A DNA stretch of 23,081 bases from a virus (taxonomy: Duplodnaviria > Heunggongvirae > Uroviricota > Caudoviricetes). Positions 9,733 to 17,306 of this stretch are shown here, piece after piece. Location of the stretch: IMG/VR virus record IMGVR_UViG_2711768067_000018; one strand, written 5' to 3'. Both the position numbers and the translations under genes were made by a program. Positions within the stretch are counted from its first letter, which is position 1, and each line of letters begins with the position of its first letter. Under the pieces are notes generated by a model, which saw only the letters and a list, made by a program, of their open reading frames with translations, had not been told where the DNA came from and did not search any database.

Positions 9733-10587
9733 TCAGCAGTTCGTCATCAGGGCGTCACCGCCACCGCCGGTGGCCTTGCTGCGGCGCTGCTGGGTCAGAC
9801 TTTCGGTGTGGTCGAGACTGTTTTTCAGGCGGGTGAATGCCTGGCTGGTTTCATCCGCCCTGTCTGTCACCTCCTGCTTAAGTGCGGAAAAGGCGGTTTC
9901 CATCTCAGCGAGGCGCTGCTCAGTGGCGCTCAGTTTTTCCTGCACATGTTCAGCGACAGCGGTCACCGCTTCATGCACGTCATTCAGACGGGCGTCATCG
10001 CTCGCCTGTTTGCGGCCAAAAATGGATTTCACCTTTTCGGTCAGGGCGGTGAACACGGTTTCAGGCAGGTCTTCAAATTCCAGCTCAACGGGCGTTGCCA
10101 CTGAAATCAGGTTTTCAGGGCTTAATTTGAAGCGGTTCAGGGGGTTGTGTTTTGCCGTGCGGCAGAATTCCAGGTATTCCGTGCCGAGGCTTGCCGGGTC
10201 ATCGGTGACGGCCAGCCCCACCAGATAACATTTGCCGGTGTTGGCAAAGTTCGGCTGAATTTCCATTGAGGTGTAGACCTTCTGCGCGGCCTTGTTCATC
10301 GCGATAAGGTCATCGGTCGGGGTGATTTTCGCAAACAGCGCCCATTTGCCTTTCAGCGCCGAATCGTCATCAATCTTTTCGGCCTTCAGTTCGACCACAT
10401 CGCCATAACGTTTAAAAATACCGTCAGGCAGGATGCCGCGCAGATGTTCCAGGTTAATGCGGCAACCGTAGACACGCGGGTCAAAGGTTTCGGCCATTTC
10501 CTGAATATCCTGCGCACTGATGACACGCCCGTCACAGGTGTCACCCTCAACGCCGATACGAAAGAATTTTGAGACTTTTTTTGCCAT
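9733..10587 (-). CDS. O: Capsid scaffolding protein O
   Basis: Start at Met23 of the ORF-track translation (MAKKVSKFF...), preceded by AGGA; gives 284 aa, the size of P2 gpO. C-terminal half is a coiled-coil-like acidic region. Confidence 0.85.
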   Translation of the reverse strand: MAKKVSKFFRIGVEGDTCDGRVISAQDIQEMAETFDPRVYGCRINLEHLRGILPDGIFKRYGDVVELKAEKIDDDSALKGKWALFAKITPTDDLIAMNKAAQKVYTSMEIQPNFANTGKCYLVGLAVTDDPASLGTEYLEFCRTAKHNPLNRFKLSPENLISVATPVELEFEDLPETVFTALTEKVKSIFGRKQASDDARLNDVHEAVTAVAEHVQEKLSATEQRLAEMETAFSALKQEVTDRADETSQAFTRLKNSLDHTESLTQQRRSKATGGGGDALMTNC

Positions 10588-10760
10588 TGTCAGGAGTCCT
10601 GAATAGTGATTAGAGGAGTCACATGTCGGCATCAGTTTCCCGACGATGCGCATCCTCCGCCATCAGTCCCGGATGGCTTATCACTGACACAACAGCACCT
10701 TAGCGAATCGCGGGGCGCGACTCAGTAGCCTTGCCGTGTATTCATCACGGCGAGGTATTC

Positions 10761-12533
10761 ATGACCATCACCACAGACACCACTCTTTTACACGACCCGC
10801 GTCGTCAGGCGGCGCTGCTGTACTGGCAGGGATTTTCCGTGCCGCAGATTGCCGCCATGTTGCAGATGAAACGCCCGACGGTGCAGAGCTGGAAGCAGCG
10901 CGACGGCTGGGACAGCGTTGCCCCCATCAGCCGTGTCGAAATGAGTCTGGAAGCGCGGCTGACCCAGCTCATCATCAAACCGCAGAAAACCGGCGGTGAC
11001 TTCAAGGAAATTGACCTGCTCGGACGCCAGATTGAACGACTGGCACGGGTCAACCGTTACAGTCAGACCGGCAACGAGGCAGACCTTAATCCGAACGTCG
11101 CTAACCGCAACAAAGGCGGGCGTCGCAAACCGAAAAAGAATTTTTTCAGTGACGAGGCCATCGAAAAGCTGGAGCAGATTTTCTTTGAGCAGTCTTTCGA
11201 ATATCAGTTGCACTGGTATCGCGCCGGGCTTGAGCACCGCATCCGCGATATCCTGAAATCCCGCCAGATTGGCGCGACGTTTTATTTTTCCCGCGAGGCG
11301 CTGCTGCGCGCCCTGAAAACCGGTCATAACCAGATTTTTCTGTCGGCCAGTAAAACGCAGGCGTATGTGTTCCGCGAATACATCATCGCCTTTGCCCGGC
11401 TGGTTGACGTTGACCTGACCGGTGACCCGATTGCCCTGGGCAATAACGGCGCAAAACTGATTTTTCTCGGCACCAACTCCAACACCGCACAGAGCCATAA
11501 CGGCGACCTGTACGTCGACGAGATTTTCTGGATCCCGAATTTTCAGGTACTGCGTAAGGTGGCATCAGGTATGGCCTCACAGAGTCACCTGCGCTCGACC
11601 TATTTCTCCACCCCGTCCACGCTGGCGCACGACGCCTACCCGTTCTGGTCGGGGGAGCTGTTTAACCGGGGACGCGCCAGCGCCGCTGAACGCGTGGAAA
11701 TCGACGTCAGTCATAACGCCCTTGCCGGTGGGCTTCTCTGTGCGGACGGCCAGTGGCGGCAGATTGTCACCATTGAGGACGCGCTGAAAGGCGGCTGCAC
11801 GCTGTTCGACATTGAGCAGCTCAAACGTGAAAACAGCGCCGACGATTTTAAAAACCTGTTCATGTGTGAATTTGTTGACGACAAGGCGTCGGTGTTCCCG
11901 TTCGAGGAGCTGCAACGCTGCATGGTCGACACGCTGGAAGAATGGGAAGACTATGCGCCGTTTGCCGCCAATCCGTTCGGCTCCCGCCCGGTATGGATTG
12001 GTTACGACCCGTCACACCGTGGCGACAGCGCCGGATGCGTGGTACTGGCACCGCCGGTGGTGGCCGGTGGCAAATTCAGAATACTTGAGCGTCACCAGTG
12101 GAAAGGCATGGACTTTGCCACTCAGGCTGAATCCATCCGCAAACTCACTGAAAAATACAACGTCGAATACATCGGAATTGATGCCACCGGCCTCGGTGTC
12201 GGCGTGTTCCAGCTCGTGCGCTCGTTCTATCCCGCCGCGCGCGATATCCGCTACACGCCGGAAATGAAAACCGCAATGGTGCTCAAGGCCAAAGACGTCA
12301 TCCGCCGTGGCTGTCTGGAATATGACGTCAGCGCCACCGACATCACCAGCTCGTTTATGGCTATCCGCAAGACCATGACCAGCAGCGGACGCAGCGCCAC
12401 GTATGAGGCCAGCCGCAGCGAGGAAGCCAGCCACGCCGACCTCGCCTGGGCGACCATGCACGCCCTGTTAAATGAGCCACTCACCGCCGGTATCAGCACC
12501 CCGCTGACATCCACCATTCTGGAGTTTTACTGA
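10761..12533 (+). CDS. P: Terminase ATPase (large) subunit P
   Basis: Start at ATG 10761 (MTITTDTT...), preceded by GCGAGGT; 590 aa, the size of P2 gpP. The ORF-track start at 10731 is a TTG with no RBS. Transcribed divergently from O as in P2. Confidence 0.9.
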   Translation: MTITTDTTLLHDPRRQAALLYWQGFSVPQIAAMLQMKRPTVQSWKQRDGWDSVAPISRVEMSLEARLTQLIIKPQKTGGDFKEIDLLGRQIERLARVNRYSQTGNEADLNPNVANRNKGGRRKPKKNFFSDEAIEKLEQIFFEQSFEYQLHWYRAGLEHRIRDILKSRQIGATFYFSREALLRALKTGHNQIFLSASKTQAYVFREYIIAFARLVDVDLTGDPIALGNNGAKLIFLGTNSNTAQSHNGDLYVDEIFWIPNFQVLRKVASGMASQSHLRSTYFSTPSTLAHDAYPFWSGELFNRGRASAAERVEIDVSHNALAGGLLCADGQWRQIVTIEDALKGGCTLFDIEQLKRENSADDFKNLFMCEFVDDKASVFPFEELQRCMVDTLEEWEDYAPFAANPFGSRPVWIGYDPSHRGDSAGCVVLAPPVVAGGKFRILERHQWKGMDFATQAESIRKLTEKYNVEYIGIDATGLGVGVFQLVRSFYPAARDIRYTPEMKTAMVLKAKDVIRRGCLEYDVSATDITSSFMAIRKTMTSSGRSATYEASRSEEASHADLAWATMHALLNEPLTAGISTPLTSTILEFY

Positions 12534-13567
12534 TGAGCAAGAAAAAAGGGAAAACACCGCAACCTGCGGCAAAAAAAATGACCGCCAGCGCCCCGAAAAT
12601 GGAAGCATTCACCTTTGGCGAGCCGGTACCGGTACTCGACCGCCGTGACATTCTGGATTACGTCGAGTGCATCAGTAACGGCAGATGGTATGAACCACCG
12701 GTCAGCTTTACCGGTCTGGCAAAAAGCCTGCGTGCTGCCGTGCATCACAGCTCACCGATTTACGTCAAACGTAATATTCTGGCCTCAACATTTATCCCGC
12801 ATCCGTGGCTTTCCCAGCAGGATTTCAGCCGCTTTGTGCTGGATTTTCTGGTGTTCGGTAATGCGTTTCTGGAAAAGCGTTACAGCACCACCGGTAAAGT
12901 TATCAGGCTGGAAACCTCACCGGCAAAATATACCCGCCGTGGTGTGGAAGAGGATGTTTACTGGTGGGTGCCGTCCTTCAACGAGCCGACACCTTTCGCG
13001 CCCGGCTCCGTGTTTCATCTGCTGGAGCCGGATATTAATCAGGAGCTGTACGGCCTGCCGGAATATCTCAGCGCCCTTAACTCTGCCTGGCTGAATGAGT
13101 CGGCCACGCTGTTCCGCCGCAAGTATTACGAAAACGGCGCACATGCCGGATACATCATGTACGTCACCGATGCCGTGCAGGATCGCAACGATATCGAAAT
13201 GCTTCGCGAAAACATGGTTAAGTCGAAAGGCCGCAACAACTTTAAAAATCTGTTTCTCTATGCCCCGCAGGGGAAAGCTGACGGCATTAAAATTATCCCG
13301 CTCAGTGAAGTGGCAACGAAGGACGATTTTTTTAATATCAAAAAAGCCAGCGCCGCTGACCTGCTGGACGCGCACCGCATCCCCTTTCAGTTGATGGGCG
13401 GCAAGCCGGAGAACGTCGGGTCACTGGGTGATATTGAGAAAGTGGCAAAGGTCTTTGTCCGCAATGAGCTTATCCCGTTACAGGACAGGATTCGGGAAAT
13501 AAACGGCTGGCTCGGTCAGGAGGTCATCCGCTTTAAAAACTACTCACTGGACACTGACAACGGCTGA
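12533..13567 (+). CDS. Q: Portal protein Q
   Basis: 344-aa ORF, the size of P2 gpQ; its ATG overlaps the P stop (TGATG). Confidence 0.9.
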   Translation: MSKKKGKTPQPAAKKMTASAPKMEAFTFGEPVPVLDRRDILDYVECISNGRWYEPPVSFTGLAKSLRAAVHHSSPIYVKRNILASTFIPHPWLSQQDFSRFVLDFLVFGNAFLEKRYSTTGKVIRLETSPAKYTRRGVEEDVYWWVPSFNEPTPFAPGSVFHLLEPDINQELYGLPEYLSALNSAWLNESATLFRRKYYENGAHAGYIMYVTDAVQDRNDIEMLRENMVKSKGRNNFKNLFLYAPQGKADGIKIIPLSEVATKDDFFNIKKASAADLLDAHRIPFQLMGGKPENVGSLGDIEKVAKVFVRNELIPLQDRIREINGWLGQEVIRFKNYSLDTDNG

Positions 13568-13572
13568 ACATC

Positions 13573-13594
13573 GCCGCCTGCGGGCGGCTTTTTT
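13573..13594 (+). terminator. Rho-independent terminator of the P-Q operon
   Basis: GCCGCC-TGCG-GGCGGC stem-loop followed by TTTTTT, 6 nt after the Q stop codon. Confidence 0.65.
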
Positions 13595-13736
13595 ACATCC
13601 CGCCATCACGCCCTCACACGCTCACCACCGCACAAAACACCCCGCAGACACACCAACGCCCCAGCAGGCCGACTAAATGCCATCACGACGCGCTCAGGCG
13701 CTGAAAAAATAAAATCAGCACCACCGCCTGCGCGCA

Positions 13737-13755
13737 GTGCTTTCCCCGCCTCGCC
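13737..13755 (-). other. Candidate cos cohesive-end site (19 nt)
   Basis: GTGCTTTCCCCGCCTCGCC is the reverse complement of GGCGAGGCGGGGAAAGCAC, which I recall as the P2 19-nt cohesive end; it is located just beyond Q as in P2 and is followed by a GC-rich hairpin plus T-run (13755-13778). Confidence 0.55.
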
Positions 13756-13993
13756 CGCCCGCTTCATGGGGCGGTTTTAATGCAGTTGCATAGATACTAT
13801 GGATCCGCACCAGTCCTGACCGCACGCAGCCTGAACGGACATCCCCGACGCATGCAAAAACATTCACTTGTTGCATGCAACGGCTTATTTAATGACAAAT
13901 CAACTTAAATTTACAAAATCCACAGGTATGGATACTTTGCGAACATGATAGGCTTACGAGAATTATCGAGCCTATTTTTGACCGGAGCAATGT

Positions 13994-14935
13994 ATGCAAG
14001 GTAAAGTTGACGAACAGCAATCCAATGATATTGAAGCTGAGTTTGGATACTATCCAGTAGAAGTTAACGTTGAAACTGATGATTTTTCTTTACTTACTTT
14101 ACCCGGTCTAGCGGAAAAAACAAATCTTATAAACAATCACAGAAATGTTATTAACGGTTGGATATACCCAGGAAACCAAGAAGTATATAACCTCAATGGA
14201 GGCATATCCACAATGCCTTTTAGCCAACGAGTATTTGGCTTACCCAAAACACACTCACTAAAATTAAAAAATACATCTTCACTAGAAACTCTCAATTTTG
14301 CTGTGTGGTGTCTGTCTTTTTTCAAAGGGATAAGATTAACAACTACTGATGCCGGTTTTTTAGACGCAACCCCAATAAAACCCAGCAAATTAACTGACTT
14401 TATTCTGGTCAAGTGCTCTGAAAAAGAGGTTATAGAATTAGCACTCAAATACATGTCTAGCGAGACAAAAACCAAACTCGCACCAATAAATATAGCAGCA
14501 ATAGTGCATGCACTATTTTTATCCCAAAACCCACAATACCTTAGCTTCGAAAAATTCCAGTATCTTTATATGGCACTGGATAGTTGCTTTGCTTTAACAT
14601 GGGCAGAAAAGAACAAGTGTACAGAAAAGACTCTAAATCACTCCAGGCGCTTGAAGTGGATCTGCAAAACTTATGGAATACCACGACCATCATGGGTTAC
14701 AGGCAAAAAAAACATTACAAACATCCGCAATGAAAACTTTCATGAAGCTATGTTTCATGGTCAACCACTTGGCTTTACCACTATTAACAATTATCAATAT
14801 GGAGATGACATATTACAACAAATGCAGGCTTTAATTTGCCGATTACTCGTTGCGATTCTTGGTGTTAACGCCCCCGATTACATCACATCGAACGTGAACT
14901 CTCGTGAATATCATTCACTAACATTAAAAATATAA
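13994..14935 (+). CDS. Hypothetical cargo protein (313 aa) with HEPN-like R-N-x3-H motif; candidate abortive-infection RNase
   Basis: Uninterrupted AT-rich ORF with GGAG 6 nt upstream of the ATG; motif RNENFH at residues 245-250 (nt 14726-14743); composition clearly different from the phage core. Confidence 0.6.
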   Translation: MQGKVDEQQSNDIEAEFGYYPVEVNVETDDFSLLTLPGLAEKTNLINNHRNVINGWIYPGNQEVYNLNGGISTMPFSQRVFGLPKTHSLKLKNTSSLETLNFAVWCLSFFKGIRLTTTDAGFLDATPIKPSKLTDFILVKCSEKEVIELALKYMSSETKTKLAPINIAAIVHALFLSQNPQYLSFEKFQYLYMALDSCFALTWAEKNKCTEKTLNHSRRLKWICKTYGIPRPSWVTGKKNITNIRNENFHEAMFHGQPLGFTTINNYQYGDDILQQMQALICRLLVAILGVNAPDYITSNVNSREYHSLTLKI

Positions 14936-14950
14936 AACGACTAAAAATAC

Positions 14951-14975
14951 TCTCCAGTAACAATAAGTACTGGAG
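14951..14975. terminator. Hairpin between convergent cargo genes (likely terminator, mainly for the minus-strand transcript)
   Basis: TCTCCAGTA-N8-TACTGGAGA inverted repeat (9-bp stem); a T-rich tract follows on the minus strand (tattttta). Confidence 0.45.
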
Positions 14976-15017
14976 ATGTATTATCACTAAAACCAATAAA
15001 AAATCACAACTAATGCT

Positions 15018-15617
15018 TTACTTAGATAGTTTGTCTTTAATTATATTCAGAACACCAATTATTAATTCACTGATTGGCGTGGCCAACTCAATAGTATTAG
15101 ATGTCGACTTTGTTCTAAAGTCTTTATCTGTCGGGTGTTGAAATGCTGATTTAAGAAGAGTCAAAAGCAAAGTTAAACCCACACCAAGGATGAATGCAAC
15201 AATAGCTATTAGAGAACTGGCCGATAACCAATCGGTGGATAAACCAGAAATAGATTTTCTAACTTTATTAGTGTCTGAAGATGGTGTTATCCTCTCATCA
15301 GCCATCTTCGGATCCGAAGATAAAGCAGAACATTTTTCTGCTGAAACACAAGTTTGTGTATCTACTTTTTGTGTTATCGCTGCGGCAATACTGCTTTTCG
15401 CTTCCAGCAAGCCATTTCCAACAGCCAAAGCAAAGTTAAGCCCCTGCCATAGAAATGTACAAGCAAAACAAAGCACAACGGCAGAGAGCACTAATCGCAT
15501 ACTTCTACGCTCTATACCATCCCGTCTATCTCGCCTTATAAGGATATCAGGATCTAAATCGCCCTTAGGAGTGGTTCCTTGCTCTGGGGACTGTCCAGAT
15601 AAATCAATATCAGCCAT
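15018..15617 (-). CDS. Hypothetical two-transmembrane-segment protein (199 aa); candidate membrane effector
   Basis: Two hydrophobic stretches (about residues 42-68 and 144-166) flanking a hydrophilic region, charged N-terminus; AT-rich; downstream of and co-oriented with the ImmA-like gene. Confidence 0.65.
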   Translation of the reverse strand: MADIDLSGQSPEQGTTPKGDLDPDILIRRDRRDGIERRSMRLVLSAVVLCFACTFLWQGLNFALAVGNGLLEAKSSIAAAITQKVDTQTCVSAEKCSALSSDPKMADERITPSSDTNKVRKSISGLSTDWLSASSLIAIVAFILGVGLTLLLTLLKSAFQHPTDKDFRTKSTSNTIELATPISELIIGVLNIIKDKLSK

Positions 15618-15620
15618 AAA

Positions 15621-15658
15621 AAAATCACCCTTACATGTACAAACGTAAAGGTGATTTT
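15621..15658 (-). promoter_or_regulatory. Terminator-like hairpin with U-tract that overlaps the RBS of the membrane-protein gene
   Basis: 13 of 14 bp inverted repeat AAAATCACC(C)TTAC / GTAA(A)GGTGATTTT with a 10-nt loop; on the minus strand the 3' arm (containing the GGGTGA Shine-Dalgarno-like sequence) is followed by TTTTTTT and then the ATG at 15617. Confidence 0.5.
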
Positions 15659-15683
15659 AAACAGGTTAAAAGTTAAAGGCTAA

Positions 15684-16169
15684 TTAATAAGCCATTCCTA
15701 AGCTCTTTAAGCGCCAATGCATAGCGGCTTCTGATACATTAAAGATGCTTGCTAATCTCAAAGTGCTATCAATACCTTCTCTGGATACCAATTGACGTAT
15801 AGCAGACTCAGGCATTAACAACTCAGCAGCAAACTTGTTTGCTTCAACCTCACGGTAATCACGAGCACCTGTTGAATAATTCCCGACATTATCCCGATGG
15901 TACTCTCCGTCCTGGGTATGCCCCAGCACATGATGACCTAACTCGTGTGCAACAGTAAAACGTTGACGATTAGAATGTTCACTAGAATCAAAATAAATCC
16001 TATGGACACCCTTTTTGATGACAGCCAGACCGCTTAACCCATCGTTGTTATAAGCCGATTCCTCAAGTGCTTCAACACGAGCACCCCACGCTTTAGCAAG
16101 CTTAAACGGATCGACAGGTAGTCGGCGATCCCAATAGCGGTCAAGCAGTTTTTTAGCTGCATAGCTCAT
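15684..16169 (-). CDS. ImmA/IrrE-family zinc metallopeptidase (HEXXH)
   Basis: 161-aa ORF with HELGHHVLGH (HEXXH) and a downstream EANKFAAELLMP motif typical of ImmA/IrrE (COG2856-type) peptidases; AGGAGG 5 nt upstream of the ATG. Confidence 0.85.
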   Translation of the reverse strand: MSYAAKKLLDRYWDRRLPVDPFKLAKAWGARVEALEESAYNNDGLSGLAVIKKGVHRIYFDSSEHSNRQRFTVAHELGHHVLGHTQDGEYHRDNVGNYSTGARDYREVEANKFAAELLMPESAIRQLVSREGIDSTLRLASIFNVSEAAMHWRLKSLGMAY

Positions 16170-16205
16170 GGTTGCCTCCTACGTTAAAAAAGTTAAGTAT
16201 GCACA

Positions 16206-16234
16206 GCCATATCACAGTTGTTATTTTATGTCAA
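16206..16234 (-). promoter_or_regulatory. Candidate sigma70 promoter for the ImmA-like gene
   Basis: On the minus strand: TTGACA (16234-16229), 17-nt spacer, TGaTATGGC extended -10 (16211-16206), about 35 nt upstream of the start codon. Confidence 0.5.
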
Positions 16235-16890
16235 GGCTGTTTTTCAGCCATTACTATAACACTAATCCACGTTTTCCCATAACATTTTCGACATCATATA
16301 TGCATTCAGTTCTGCATATAGAGCTTATCTTTGCTGATAACACGAGATGAATACGCGCAACCAGCCCACGATTTATAAAAAACCTTATAAATCAGAATAT
16401 TGAGTTAAAAAAACACTAACTACTTGCGCAGCGAGTTGTTAAACCTCAGCGATACTAAAAGAAAATTTCAGAGTCACCGAAGTTTCCACAGAAAACGCAA
16501 CTTAATGATTTTATTGGAATTTATGTCGCTATTTTTAATTACTTGTTTAAATCCGCCATATTGAAACTGTGCATTTCTAGCCACTCACAACTTTAAAAAA
16601 TTTACATTGCTTTCAAGACCTTATCATCCGTAGTCTCTGCTTTTTACTTTGAGCTATATCAAAAAAAGCTCAAACATCCTTGATGCAAAACCAGTATTAC
16701 ACAACATAAAATGCAACCAGAAACAACGACATACTATATGTTGTGTTGTTCAGGTCCTCTGTTCGGTGATATGCCAGATCACTTTGCGTTTAAACAGAGC
16801 ATTATTTCAGGGCAAGACTTCGCTCAATAGTCACTCCGCCTTAGAAGCGCATATATCGGCGGAAATTGCCCTCTGCTTACAGGAGGCGAT

Positions 16891-17004
16891 ATGAAGAAGT
16901 GCTATTACTGCATTCTCGTTCTGGCCCTCTTTGGCTATCCATATGGTAGTCCGAGTGGTTTGTCAGTAAACGTCAGTAATATCCATGTAAGTATTTTTCT
17001 TTAG
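16891..17004 (+). CDS. Small hydrophobic ORF (37 codons), hypothetical
   Basis: AGGAGG with a 4-nt spacer before the ATG; translation MKKCYYCILVLALFGYPYGSPSGLSVNVSNIHVSIFL; followed immediately by a strong terminator. No homology evidence available. Confidence 0.3.
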   Translation: MKKCYYCILVLALFGYPYGSPSGLSVNVSNIHVSIFL

Positions 17005-17016
17005 TATGCTTCAAAC

Positions 17017-17047
17017 AAAAAAACCACCTGCCAGGGTGGTTTTTTTG
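17017..17047. terminator. Bidirectional rho-independent terminator
   Basis: AAAAAAACCACC-TGCCAG-GGTGGTTTTTTT: stem flanked by an A-tract on one side and a T-tract on the other; located between the small plus-strand ORF and the 3' end of minus-strand gene A. Confidence 0.65.
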
Positions 17048-17306
17048 CGCCCGTCATCAATCCGATGAAAGACTAGCAAGACTTCGCTCGAGATGAATTA
17101 TGCTTCGACATAAAGTCACTCGCAATGGTTTTATTAACCGAAATAGATGCTCTTTTATGACTCGAATCAAATAGCTGCCTTCAATTACATGCTAACGATT
17201 CAATACAATTTAGCCTTCTGATTCAACACGCTATTGCTCCTCATCTACCTTAGAGGTGTTTCGCATAATCCATTCAAAGACATATAAAATCACGCTGTAT
17301 TTTTAC

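Noticed and set aside
10588-10760. Expected divergent late promoters between O and P
   Set aside because: Synteny predicts them here, but I found no clean TGT-N12-ACA element by inspection, so no coordinates are given; a position-weight-matrix scan would be needed.
14726-14811. YGDD tetrapeptide near the C-terminus of the 313-aa cargo protein, reminiscent of polymerase or reverse-transcriptase motif C
   Set aside because: No other reverse-transcriptase or RdRp motifs are present (no motif A aspartate context, no GLPQG-like motif B) and the protein is too short; treated as coincidental.
16168-16350. 60-aa plus-strand ORF starting at the ImmA start codon
   Set aside because: It lies across the ImmA promoter and 5' UTR on the opposite strand and has no RBS; antisense artefact.
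16649-16894. 81-aa ORF on the plus strand in the ORF-poor segment
   Set aside because: No Shine-Dalgarno sequence, odd composition (Cys/Gln-rich, low complexity), and it overlaps the better-supported 37-codon ORF region; likely spurious.
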